Below the pieces are notes generated by a model. The model worked only from the letters and a program-made list of their open reading frames with translations, made no database searches and had not been told where the DNA came from. Of a DNA stretch of 64,000 nucleotides, positions 24,151 through 37,057 are shown one piece after another (position 1 is the first letter of the stretch; every line of letters starts with the position of its first letter). Origin of the DNA: Octopus sinensis (lineage: Eukaryota); NCBI RefSeq assembly GCF_006345805.1, contig NC_043016.1:19592001-19656000 (forward strand), read 5' to 3'. The position numbers were made by a program, and so were the translations under genes.

Positions 24151-24479
24151 GTAAAACGAAGTTGTTTCTAATTAAAGCAGTTTTGAGGGAGGGAGTCGAT
24201 ACCATCGATCCTAATACTTAACTAGTACTTTATTTTATTGATCCCCAAAAGAATGTATGAAAGGCAATTTAAAAAAAAAAAATCGGAACAAAACATTAAG
24301 ATAACATGTGTTTGTGTCAAAAAGTGAATGAGACAAGGAGAAAGACAGAGAAAAAAGAGAGAGAGAGAGTAATCTCAATAATAGTAATGCTGGACTCACA
24401 CCCTACTCATATCTAATATACTAATACGTTTGAGAATGTCAAAAATGAAATAAATAAACAAAAAGAAAGGATGAAAAGG

Positions 24480-24920
24480 TGTAGTGCGCGCGCATGTGAA
24501 ACACGTGCACGGTAGTGGCCGAGTGAAGTCCAGCCCTCAACTAAATATACTTACACAAAATTATTTTCATTTAGTCATAAAGAGAAGAAAGGAAAGAAGC
24601 GATGATAAAAAGCTTTATAGAGGAAATGACAAACAAAACAAACTACTTTATTTAGCTTGTAAATATTTCCTTCAATTTCTTTTTTTTCTTTTTCCACATT
24701 AAAACTTCTTTTGAGGACGATTAGAAATTTTTAATTCTCCTCCTTCTCCCTCTCTTCCTTCGTCTTTTAGTCTGTTTTTAAACATTGAGTCATTACTTAC
24801 CTGTAATTACCTACCTGTAATCAAACTTGTTGGACGAATCAAAGTGAGTGCTGGTATTGGGACGCCATTTTTGTTTTGGTGACACGCTACACGGCAAGTC
24901 TAGTGACTTTCAGGTGAGTT
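24480..24920. promoter_or_regulatory. Candidate (bidirectional) promoter and first-exon region
   Basis: Unique, CpG-retaining sequence with NRF1-like gcgcgcgcatg (24486), E-box cacgtg (24502), AP-1 tgagtca (24786), YY1 cgccatttt (24863), plus-strand donor cag|gtgagt (24913/24914) and minus-strand donors cag|gtaagt (24795-24803) and cag|gtaggt (24809-24817). Confidence 0.45.
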
Positions 24921-25101
24921 TTACCTTGTGCAACGTTATAATGTATCTATTTTTTTATTATATCTATCTTCCCTTTTTTGTATCAATTTGTGTTTTACTT
25001 TCTTGGAAATAGCAAGAACCAATTCTTGGCTCAGTTCTCAGATAAATCTTTGTTGATCACTACTTGTTCACACAAACAATTTTATTTACATACCTACAAT
25101 C

Positions 25102-25139
<38 letters not shown>

Positions 25140-25504
25140 TCCCTAACGTTACCTTTTTTTTCCCATCTTTCTAAAGTAATGAAGATTTTTTATGTTATTT
25201 TGACTATATTTCCTGAATCTCGACTTTACATTTATTTGTTATTGCATTTTTTTTTCTTGTTTTGATTTCTGATTTAAGTAACTTGGTTCTATTTGAGTTT
25301 GATAGTTCAATACGATTCGGTAAAACAACTCGTTTAATACTCTCTGCACATTACTTATATATACATACATACATACATACATACACACATATATATATAT
25401 AATATATATATATAAAGATGTATATATAAGTTCAGCAAAATTTAGATTCAAATGAATATGGTACTTAAGTTAGATGCACCAGAGTTTTTACATGTGTGTA
25501 TATA

Positions 25505-25550
<46 letters not shown>

Positions 25551-26281
25551 TAAAGTACATTCATAAGACTTAGCTTTTCTTTCACTATATCGACCTTCAA
25601 ATAGTTATTTCGATATTTTTGTAAACTGCTTCCCCCTCCACTCACACTTCATTTTTTAATTTGTGAGCTCTCATCTAACAGTTATTGAAACAAAAATATT
25701 CTTTCCTATAGTTGTCAGAGATTTATGTTACAGATTTACATTACTAAATCTAAACTTTCTCATTTTTTAAAATCTTAATGATATTGATCTGGGGCTGCCC
25801 GCCTGGGTTGTTGTCTGTGGTGCCTACAATGACAGCTGCAATAATTAGTTAATACCTGTGATCACTGTAATTACATTAAAAAAAACCCCCAAACTAAGAC
25901 CCTTATACTCTATCTGTGTGCATCTGTATAATATTATTTGTTTGAACACTTACAATACATATATACATACACACACACATATTATATATGTGTGTATACA
26001 CACACACATATATATATATTTATTTATTTACGAATCCTGTCATAACCATACATCAAAATATTTTTGTTTTGTTATTCTACTCCCGCCCTCTCCTCATACT
26101 ACACTCCACCACTATCACCACCACCACCATCAGGAAAAAGTATATTTCTTTAATTGGAGGTGTGACTGAGCGAAGTGGTTTTCATAAAAGTAAAAAGAAA
26201 GAAATAAAACAAGCAAAATAATTTCGGGAAACGTAATTGATTATATCCAAAGTACTCTAGCAAAGTGAATATATCGATTTT

Positions 26282-26283
<2 letters not shown>

Positions 26284-26336
<53 letters not shown>
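26284..26336. repeat. (TA)n microsatellite (one of many)
   Basis: Direct reading. Confidence 0.95.
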
Positions 26337-26339
<3 letters not shown>

Positions 26340-27501
26340 GTGTTTGTGTGTGTGTAATTTTTGTTTGAATATATGTGAAATAACCGCTTCTCTTTTCTTC
26401 ACTTGCTCCCATCTTTCACTTTTGTTTGCAAAGTACAGGTGACTGTTTGCATTAACTTTCCTTCAGGTATCTCAAATGCTATAGTTTGGAACTTAGTCAT
26501 AGTTCTGACATGTACATAACAGTTTGTTGCTCAGAGAGAGAGAGAGAGAGAGAGAATCGAACATGTTTACTTCGTGAACACTTTAATTTAGTTACAATGT
26601 TTTTAGTTTTATTTAATGCAATTTTTCCATTTTTTTTTAAAAATAAAATTCAGTTCATCTTCATTACATGTTCTGATCAGACTTCCAGAAAGAAGTATGA
26701 ATTTCACCTGTTGACATGTAAACGAATTCACTCAGTCACACAGAAGCAAAAAAAAAAAAAAAAAATCAATGGCAATATTTTTCTCTCTATACAGATAGTT
26801 GTATAACGGTCGTTGGTGTTTGTTTGTTTAGCCCCAGGTCAGGGCTGATGTATCAGTAGCTATGACCAAATGCATTCTAGATCTGATCTTCCCATATTGC
26901 TTTCAGAAGTGGTATAATTTAGTAGTATTTCATAAAGTCCTTGTTCATTTAAAAATAATAGAATATGAATAAGAGGGAGAATTAGTTGCTATTTCTTAGC
27001 AGGTTAAAAGATGATGGTTCAATGTATAACGGTATTTTAACTGGGTTAATTCAAATGATGTCGAGATGTTGAATGGCAGTTATAATTTAGTTTCCCCTTA
27101 TTTTTCTTCTTGAAGATGCTTTATTTTATCTGCATATCCATTTTGTCAAATGAGGACTCATAAAAAAATTCGTTTTTTAAAGAGTGGAGGTGATATTAAG
27201 AAAATAAATGAAACTACTACTTATTACTACTGCATTTCGACAGATGAAACGTGATTTTGGCGATATTGTCCATCTGACAGAGAAAGTCGTATGCTTATCA
27301 ACACCATACTTGCAAAGCAACCGTATTGGGAATTTTATCCCCCAAGAAAGTTTGCCAAAAGAAGAAAGTATGATGGTGATATGGACAACTTTATACGGCA
27401 GTGAAGCCCTAAGATTTTCCAAGTCCCATTTTAGTTACATATAGGGTAAAGAAGGAAATTAATTATAACAAATCATTTGACTTGAATTGAAAAGACATTA
27501 T

Positions 27502-27564
<63 letters not shown>

Positions 27565-27565
<1 letters not shown>

Positions 27566-27775
27566 TCTTTATTCTTTTACTTGTCTCAGTGATTTGACCG
27601 CGGCCATGCTGGAGCGCCGCCTTGAAGGGATTTTAGTCGAACAAATCGACCCCAGGACTTTTTAAAAGCCTAGTACTTGTTTTATCGGTCTCTTATTCCG
27701 AACCGCTACGTTACGAGAACGTAAACACACCAACACCAGTTATGAAATGATGACGGGACAGATACATACATACAT
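27565..27775 (-). mobile_element. SINE B 3' part with CpGs retained
   Basis: cttttacttgtctcagtgatttgaccgcggccatgctggagcgccgcc.. Confidence 0.8.
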
Positions 27776-28339
27776 ACATATATATATGCAATTTAACATA
27801 AAATATAAATTACTAAGTAGACAAGAACACAAGGAGACGACACAAAAAAAACGACAGGTCACTCGAAGCCTCTACACTTACACACGTTGGATCTCATTCG
27901 TGAATTTAAGGCACTTGTTATTTGGAAGTAATCTTTGAGTGAAGAGACCAGAGAAAAGGGGTGGGTAGAATAACAAAGAATAAAAATAAACAAATGAGTG
28001 CTGAAAATGCGCCTATTGCATATTCTTTTACATACCTACAGTAAAATAATGACTTAGAAATATATGTTGATGAATGCAAATAAAAACAAACAAACAATTA
28101 AACTGTATAAAGTATACAATGCAGGTAAAAATAAACTCAGAGAATAAAGTTCTTTAAAGGGTAATATTTTGGAAATGGAGACAAACATAAGGTTACAAGT
28201 CCAGTGGTCATTGACATTTTCTATGGCATTAGTCATTTGGGAGTGTGTTAGGTACTTTTTTTAGATATAGATGGCAATCCATTTCTGATCGAAATCTTTG
28301 GAATTGTTACAAGCGTTTGCATCTTGTATATATATGTAG

Positions 28340-28653
28340 TGTGTGGCACGTAAAAGGGCACCATTCGAGTGTGGTGGTTACCAACGTCGCCTTACTGGCA
28401 CCTGTGCCGGTGGCATGTGGAAAAAGATCCGAGCGAGGTCATTGCCAGTACCGCCTGACTGGCCCCCGTGCCAGTGGCACGTAAAAAGCACCCACTACAC
28501 TCTCGGAGTGGTTGGCATTAGGAAGGGCATCCAACTGTAGAAACTCTGCCAGATCAAGATTGGAGCCTGGTGTGGTCGTCTGCTTCGCTAACCCTCAGTC
28601 AAAATCATCCAACCCATGCTAGCATGGAAAGTGGACGTTAAACGATGATGATG
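28340..28653 (+). mobile_element. RTE LINE 3' end
   Basis: Tandem units plus ggaagggcatccaactgtagaaactctgccagatc..aaacgatgatgatg. Confidence 0.85.
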
Positions 28654-29045
28654 TGTGTGTGTGTGTAAACTCCACTTTTCCATGCATGGTGTGGACAGTT
28701 TATTTGAAGTAAATTTTTCTATGGCTGGATTCCTTTCCTATTATCAACGCTCACCTGTTTCTGAGCAAGGAATATCTTCTCATGGCCAGACATGTTCTCA
28801 CAAAATATTGAAAAGGAACGACACCGTATGTCATTTGTATGCTTTTACAACTATCATGCAATGTCAAGAAAAAACGAGACAAACACACACACACACACGA
28901 CAGGCTTCTTTCAGTTTCCATTAACCAAATCTACTCAAGGCCTTCATTAGTCTAGACTATTGTAAACACTTACTCAAGGTACCACACAGTGGGACTGAAC
29001 CCAGAACCATGTGGTTGGGAAGCATACTTCTTACCACAACCACAT

Positions 29046-29086
<41 letters not shown>

Positions 29087-29089
29087 ATC

Positions 29090-31190
29090 ATCATGACTAT
29101 TTTACCATGATTACATATGTTAGCTGTGTTTTCTCCTTGGTATTTCCTTCATGGATCAGACTTCACCACTTCTCATGTCTTTCTTGGTTTTCCACTTTGG
29201 CTATTTCCTTCCATTTATATTATTAAACACATTTTTTTTTATACAGTCAATCTCCTTATACATCACATCTATACCATTCTGACTGCCTTTCTTTCATGCT
29301 GCATCTGATTCCTTGTACACCCAATTCTCTCATCCTGTTTATCTCTTTAACATTCAGATTACTCTGTCAAATATAATTCATATTTATTCTCATTGTTTTG
29401 AATCAATCTCGCTTTATTTTGTTACTTTGAGATTTTGATGATATGATTGTTTTTAGATTGACACTGTAAGGTAGGTGTGAGAGGCCAGATCCGACAAGTT
29501 TGAACATGAAACAAGTAGAATATTTCAGCCTAATATGGCAGGTTTAAATGCCAAAGGGTCAATTCCTGTCGCACAAGCATAACACATCTACTGGAACATA
29601 CTTGTTTGATTTCTCTCCAGTTTTCACATCTTCCGCTTGTAATGCTTGTGTTTCACTAGTGTGCAACATAATAATACATTGTGTGCAAGCTTCATTCAGT
29701 CTGCCCTTTTATCAGACAGAATCCGTTTTCAAAAGCAGAGCTAATAACTCCCTAAATTTTCCCCACCCTGTTCTTGCTTGTTACTATGTTTTTAAAACAC
29801 CTACTTCCATTAGTAAATATGATTTCTTTTATGGGTGGATCTTACTGCTAATTCCTCTTGTGCATTTATTGCTATAAATTATTCTAGGCAGTATTTCGTC
29901 TGCCGTTACGTTCTGAGTTAAAATTCCGCCGAGGTCGACTTTGCCTTTCATCCTTTCGGGGTCAATAAATTAAGTACCAGTTATGCACTGGGGTCGATAT
30001 AATCGACTTAATCCGTTTGTCTGTCCTTGTTTGTCCTCTCTGTGTTTAGCCCCTTGTGGGTAGTAAAGAAAAGAAAAAAATTATTCTTTCTCTGTAAATC
30101 TGCCTATGATCTCACTAAACATCTTATAGGTCCACTAGTTTACAATGGTTGCACCATAGGGAATTCCTACTCACTTTGTTGCATATTGATCATGGCCACT
30201 TGCTAGATAGCAATACAGTCCTGTCTTTGTTGCTAAAACTTGTGTCCATGCTTAGTTTACTCCTAGACCTCTACGTTTTGCTTCCATTTTCTTTAAGTAT
30301 TTGACATTCAATTATGAGAACCAGATTGTCAGTAAACAGGTGTTCCCATAAACAGCTCTTCTTAAATTACTCTTATTGCCTGAAAAGCTATTACGAGCTG
30401 GAAGGAGTTGAGAATTGAGTCCTGACGAACACTTACCTGCATGCTAAATTCCTCTCTAAACTCATTATAACTCTCCCAATAGCTCTTGGCATCCCTACAC
30501 ATAATTTGCATAACCATTCATATACATTTAGTTTTCTTAGTGAGCACCAGACTGTACTCCTGTGTTCCTGCTGAAGGCCATCTGTGAGCTTGGTGTAGTG
30601 ACCAATTGCAAAACTCTTGTAGTTGTCTGACTAGAAATATATAGCATCAGTAATACTCATTCTGTCACAAAACTAAACTGTAGGTTGTCACCTTTGCAAG
30701 TTCCCTTTCTTAATCAATTCTACTCTAATTCTTTTTTGTTACTTTTGTAGTCTAGTCCATCAATTTCATGCTTCTGTACAATATTTTTAGGGTGTCTCTT
30801 ATAACAGTCGATAATAATTCTACTATGCCAGCCCTTGTTATGATATCCCTAAGTATTGTCTGATTGACTTGATTGATATGTGAATGACTAGTGTCTGCCC
30901 TACCTCACTAGATATTTTCAGCATTGCTTGATCTTTTCCTGATGGTTTGGTTGCTTTCGCTGCCTTTTATATAATTAATTGTGCTCTCAATCATATAACT
31001 GTCTGCTTGGAGTAGTCTCTGTTTCTTCTATGCATTCTCTTCATTCATCAATTTCTTCTAACATTTCCAAACCACTTCTCATCATTCAGTGCAAGTCAGT
31101 ATGTTGCAGCTGTTGTTGTTCTTCAAAACACTTTTCTCTGTCTTGCAATATGGAACACTTAATGACTCTTAATCTCTTGCTATAAGAGCA
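29090..31190 (-). mobile_element. Old, heavily decayed RTE LINE, interrupted by a MITE and a SINE A
   Basis: Minus-strand remnants such as CLWEHLFTDNLVLI (compare GCPWELLYADDLVLI) near 30310-30360; the 3' part resembles the RT tail of 11183-11352. Confidence 0.6.
29888..30072 (+). mobile_element. 5'-truncated SINE A with TSD aaattattct
   Basis: Near-consensus body; TSD on both sides. Confidence 0.88.
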
Positions 31191-31240
31191 GTCATAGGAA
31201 AACTGTGGCCCACAGGATTTTTCTGAATGGCACCTCTAAT

Positions 31241-31515
31241 CAGGGCTGTGGAGTATGAGTCAGAAACAAATAAGGAGTTGCTGGAGTCAGAGTCTGAAAC
31301 AATTGACGGGTAGCTGGAGTCGGAGTCAGTAAAACTATACCAACTCTGATTCCAACTCGCAATATCTTTATTCTTAATATAAACCAGTTATAACATATAG
31401 GTCTACTCAAAGTAAAAGTGTGTGCATATGCTTTATGATACATGAAGACCTCAATCACTTAATTACATAAAGAGGACTAGGAGCTGAAGTTTTCTGTTTC
31501 GACTCCACAGTCCTG
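31241..31515. mobile_element. hAT-type MITE
   Basis: TIR cagggctgtggagt and actccacagtcctg; internal ggagtc repeats; 8-bp TSD cctctaat (31233-31240, 31516-31523); sits in a Charlie-like remnant. Confidence 0.85.
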
Positions 31516-31609
31516 CCTCTAATGGAAAATTACTTAAAAATTTTTTAATAGTGTGGTCCACCTGCTTATTAGTCATGTCTTAGGTCCCCCCCCCACTTCT
31601 AATAAAACA

Positions 31610-32097
31610 GTGCATTTACAGCTGAGTGAACTGAAGCAACATGGAAAGAAGTATTTTGATTAAGAACACAATGTGCTGCCCAATCCAGGAAATGAACCCA
31701 TGATCTAGCAATTGTGAGTGATAAACTCTAACCACTAGGCCATGCAACTTCATAAAGGGTAAAGACCCCCTTTGGTCATGAATGATCATGAGATTGCACC
31801 TAGAAAGTTCCCCTCCGAGGTACATGCCTGGGCAAGGTTGTTCATGGAAGACCAGCAGTTGTCCATGCATACCAGCCTCCATTCTTCATGCCACCGATAT
31901 TTTCCAAGGGAATGGCAAAGGTTGATACAGCTTGGCACCTGTGACATCACATTTAATTTCTATAGCTGAGTGAACTGGGAGCAATGTGAAATGAAGTGTC
32001 TTGCTTAAGGACACAACACACAGTTCAGTCTGGGAATTGAACTCACTACCTAATGGTTGTGAGCCTGATGCTCTAATTGCTGAGCCATGCGACTTCA
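31610..32097 (-). mobile_element. tRNA-derived SINE (family D) plus an adjacent truncated head
   Basis: Minus strand catggctcagcaattagagc..gagttcaattccc..ccttaagcaagacacttcatttcac; second head at 31610-31755. Confidence 0.7.
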
Positions 32098-33794
32098 TAT
32101 AATATAAATACACACAAACACACACACAAATGCACAAATAGAAATTCTTTTACAATAGCCCTGGGTCTACCAAAGCTTTTTGAGTAGATTTAGTTGATGG
32201 AAACTGAAAGAAACTCGCCATATAGTTGTGTGTGTGTGTATACCCTTGTCTAGATATCACATGATGGTTGTAAATGAGCATCATTGTTATACAAGCAGGG
32301 TTGTCCATTTCTAGCTATGGGAAAAATAAACATACATTCACATGTCTACACACATACTTAAATACTCACATACATAAGTACATACATACGTACTTGCTTA
32401 GATGCACACATACATACTTATCATGAATTGTTACTTTCTCAGGTGCAACATGGAATTTTGTCAGTGATCAGGTCATGGTTTCAAAATGCCGAAAATATTT
32501 TGACAAATTAGATTTAAATGTTGAAGTGAATCTAACGGTTTTTGTGTTTTTAAACACCTTCCATGCTGCAATTGTTTTTGTTTCAGCACACAATCTCAGA
32601 TCAGGTCACTTGCTATGTAAGTACATCTCTGGAAAATATTATGTTGCTTGGAAATGGATGATGGTTGGCAGCAGGAAGTGCATCATGCCATAGAAAATCT
32701 CCCTCAACAAATTGTATCTGGCCCCTGCAGACATATCAAAGTGGACATGAAAATAATGATGATATATGTATATTTTGTGTAACACACAAAACTTTCGGCT
32801 TTTGAGTTACTTATATAACTTGTGTGTGTGCACATTTTATTGAAAGTTTTCCTTCATTTCCTTTAAAACACATATTTTGCTGTTAGTTCATAAGTCCACT
32901 AAAATATTCCTGCCTTGTCACAGCTGTTATTTGTATGTTTACAATCATTGTGTGACTATTACTATGTATTTAACTTTAACAAAAGTTTTACATAAGTTTT
33001 ATTTCATCCTCACTCTCACTTCCAAATATTCAACTGGATATATCACAGCAGAAATAGGTAATTAGGCCTTACTATGTAAAAGAAAAAAGTTAATTTGTTT
33101 CATCTATTTACTGTGCCCAAAGGAGAGAGGATTTGTATATTGATATAGGATCAGAAGCACCTTAGATCAAATTAAATTAACTTTTTTTTAAAAAAATTCT
33201 TAATGCTTTTTAATCAGTGGATTATGGCTTTACTGGGGCACCACTTCAAACATTTTAATTGATGACATTGGCCCTAGAAAGACGACAGGCAAAGTAGCTC
33301 TGTTGGATGGTAGTAGTTGCACTCTTGATGTAAAAAGATAATACTGTGAAGATGTATCATTTTATGCTTTGCTGCACTGACTCAGCTTTCTATTTTTTAA
33401 AAATCTTTTATTGGTTCCTGTCACTTGGCTGTGATCTTGCCGGTGCACCACCCCTCTTTAGGGTGTAGCCACCCAGCCCCATCTTAGTATGTTTTTTTTT
33501 AATCAACTGCAGAAGGATGGAAAGTAAACTTGATGTGGATGGCATTTAAAATCTTTATGTAAAGAGAATTAACTAAATAGAACCACAAGGTATTTTTGTT
33601 GGATGCTCTCCTGATTATGCTATATTAATAGTTGTAATTTAACCTTAAGTTACCTTTGATGTTCTTGTGTATGTTTTGAAAGAAAGAAATGCTATTTCTT
33701 TCAAGTCTTTATCTTAGAGTCAATGAATATCCTTAATCCTTTTGGTACCAATTTGTTTAAATTACATAGTTTCCAGTTCCTTTATACGTAACCC

Positions 33795-33993
33795 CCGTGC
33801 TGGTGGCACGTAAGAAGCACCCACTACACTCTCGGAGTGGTTGGCATTAGGAAGGGCATCCAGCTGCAGAAACTCTGCCAGATCAAGATTGGAGCCTGAT
33901 GCAGCCATCTGGTTTGCCAGCCTTCAGTCAAAGTTGTCCAACCCATGCTAGCATGGAAAGCAGATGTTAAACGATGATGATGATGATGATGAT
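33795..33993 (+). mobile_element. RTE LINE 3' end
   Basis: cccgtgctggtggcacgtaagaagcaccc..(GAT)n. Confidence 0.85.
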
Positions 33994-34884
33994 AACCTCT
34001 CCAGTTAATGAGGATTCCTGTATACAGTTTCACAACATTGTATGAATATTAGCTAAAGCTAAATCTCTCTGAAATGATACTATACTTCACACTCTACTGC
34101 CTCATAAAACAAAGACCACATTAGTGTGTTGTATTAGATGTATCAAAAATTGAGATAGCCCTGTCTGGACTGTTTTCTTTTTTTTTTTTTTACTTTTTTA
34201 ATCATAGTCAAGGTTGTTGTGGAGCTCTACTACCATCACCACTACTGATGTTGTTGCTGCAGTTACTGCTATTTTAAAAATCTTTCTGTTTAAATTAAAA
34301 ACCATTAATTGTTAATTTTTATGTAAGGACTTTAGCTGTGTTCCAAACCTCTGCTTAAGTAATTGTAGGAAATATATTTTACTAAATCCCTTCAAGTTTT
34401 TGATCATAGTCAAAAGTAATTGAAGCTTTTCAACATTGCATTTCCATTTGACAAATGGTCTTGGAAGGATTAATTCACTTTCTGAAAGTATGTGTGTAAA
34501 TGAAACAGTAGATTAACAGAATAATTTGATATCCTCAGTCATTCAATTTCTTCTTAGAAAAACTTTACCTTTTTACTGTCTGGGATCAACAAAATAATGT
34601 ACAGGTCAAATACTTAGGTGGGTTTATATACCTATGTATCCTGAATGTTGTGAATGGAGATATAATAGAGAGCTAAGACTAACCTTTAATGCCAGTGGTT
34701 TATCTCACCAAACACTACTGTCACTATAAACTCTGGTATGATTAAAAGGAAAAGCACATTCTTTTAGATTTTTACTCTAGGTGAAATTAATAATAGAAAC
34801 GAATTAAATCAGATTATTTAGTAGGATTTGCATAGAAAATAACCCACACAGGTTCAACTTAGAAACATATACATTTATCTATTT

Positions 34885-34918
34885 ATGTGTGTATATATAT
34901 ACATACATACACATATAT

Positions 34919-34975
<57 letters not shown>

Positions 34976-34976
34976 A

Positions 34977-35029
<53 letters not shown>

Positions 35030-35085
35030 ACATAAATACATACATATATATATATATATATCCATACACACACACACACACAAAC
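34885..35085. repeat. Compound (TA)n/(CATA)n/(CA)n microsatellite
   Basis: Direct reading. Confidence 0.95.
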
Positions 35086-35136
35086 ATGCAGGTTTTATAA
35101 AGACACTATAGAAATACATAACATACATTTATGTGT

Positions 35137-35450
35137 TCCCACTGCATGGCACCTTGGGCAAGTGTCTTCTACTATAGCCTCGGGCTGACCAAAGCCTTGT
35201 GAGTGGATTTGGTAGATGGAAACTGAAAGAAGCCTGTCGTATATATGTGTGTATGTTTGTGTGTGTGTGTCCCCCAACATTGCTTCACAACCGATGCTGG
35301 TGTGTTTACGTCCCTGTAACTTTGTGGTTCGGCAAAAGAGACCGATAGAATAAGTACTTGGCATACATAGAATAAGTTCTGGGGTCGATTTGCTCGACTA
35401 AAGGCGGTGCTCCAGCATGGCCAGTCAAGTAAAACAAGTAAAAGAGTAAT
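35137..35450 (+). mobile_element. SINE B (5'-truncated)
   Basis: Colinear with 8773-9167. Confidence 0.85.
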
Positions 35451-35658
35451 GAGAGTATTATTCAACTCTGATGCATGCCTCATAAAATTTTGAGTACTGG
35501 ATTATACAGATATGCTTCATGAAGACACAGACTGCATTATAACCTTATCTACATAAAGCTCTGCTCCAATATAATCTACTTGATTATATTTCATTTTAAG
35601 CAGTTATTGCTGTTCAACCTTTTAAATGAGGCAGAATACATTTGGATGTTTCGCTTAG

Positions 35659-35877
35659 CCCTTTAGAGTTCGCATTATTCTGCCAAAATTAATACTTCTT
35701 CATCTACATTGTTTCAAATTAATCGTGCATTATCTTGTAGCTATGAGATTTTGATGAGATAACTTAATTTTTAGAACGACATTGTAGGGTTGGTGTGAGA
35801 GACCAGATATGGCCAGTTTGAACATAAAACAGGTAGAATATTTTTGGCTGGATATGGCCGGTTTAAATGCTAAAGGG
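35659..35877. mobile_element. piggyBac-like MITE
   Basis: ttag-ccctttag..ctaaaggg-ttaa termini. Confidence 0.7.
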
Positions 35878-36828
35878 TTAAGGTTATTTCATTACCAACA
35901 AAAGGCAGAATATATAAAACTGTTAATAAATAGAGCAAGTTCATTTCTTATGTATATGTGATGGAAAGTATATTTCTTTGATAAAAAAAACAAAAAAACC
36001 TCAATATAGATGAAAAAATTGGAATCTGCTAACAACTTGAAACGTTATTTTACAGATGTGCTTTTTGAGGACATAGCTTGGATTATAAAATGTATGTGTG
36101 TGTATACATATATACACACGAACAATATTCAATAAACTAGTCATCCTATCTTTTAAATTAATCTAAGTGGCTGAGTACTCCACAGGCACATGTACCATTA
36201 CCATAATAATTCTCAGGTAGAATCAGTGTGACTTGGTTCATATCAGGGCTGGATTTTTGAATCCCTGGTGTAATCCGTCTGATAGGCTTCATCATAGTTT
36301 CCATCTACTCAGTTTCACTCACAGGATTTGAATTGATCTGTGGCTATATATGAAAGACACTTGCCCAAGACGTTATACTGTGAGATTGAACACGCGACTT
36401 CATGATTTCAAACAAACTTTCTCAATCATTCAACCATGCCAGAAAATATGTTTACATATATGAGGATGTGTGTGTCTGTGTGTGTTTGTGTGTGTTAGCA
36501 TGTGGTCGAATGGTTAGTGTGAGATTAATGATGTTAAGATCATGAATTTAATTCTTGGATCAAGCGGTGCTTTGTCTTAGAGCGAGACATTTAATTTCAT
36601 GATACATCAGTTCACTCAGGGTCAATTTGATGAGCAACTAAGGAGGGGGTTATTGATCCAAGAATTAGCATTCCTGCTTAGTTGGACATTTTGTGATTTC
36701 AGTCATTTAAAAACATCATGGAAAAAAGGGTTCATCCTTGAGACATTTCTAAATAATTTTCTGTGTGTTATATATATATATATATGTAAAGTACAAGTGT
36801 GGCTGTGTGGTAAGAAGTTTGCTTATTG

Positions 36829-37057
36829 GCAGCTAGCTGGCAGAAATGTTAGCACGCTGGGCGAAATGCTTATCGGTATTTCGTCTGCCGTTATGTTCTG
36901 AGTTCAAATTCCGGCGAGGTCGACTTTGCCTTTCATCCTTTCAGTGTCGATAAATTAAGTACCAGTTACGCACTGGGATCGATGTAATCGACTTAATCCC
37001 TTTGCCTGTCTTTGTTTGTCCCCTCTATATTTAGCCCCATGTGGGCAATAAGGAAAT
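36829..37057 (+). mobile_element. SINE A nested in the head of a SINE B variant (about 36795-37420)
   Basis: TSD taagaagtttgcttat on both sides. Confidence 0.88.

Noticed and set aside
27150-27404. ATG-initiated frame read through one in-frame TGA (possible selenoprotein), and the overlapping 78-aa ORF
   Set aside because: No recognisable redox motif, homology or SECIS element; compatible with chance
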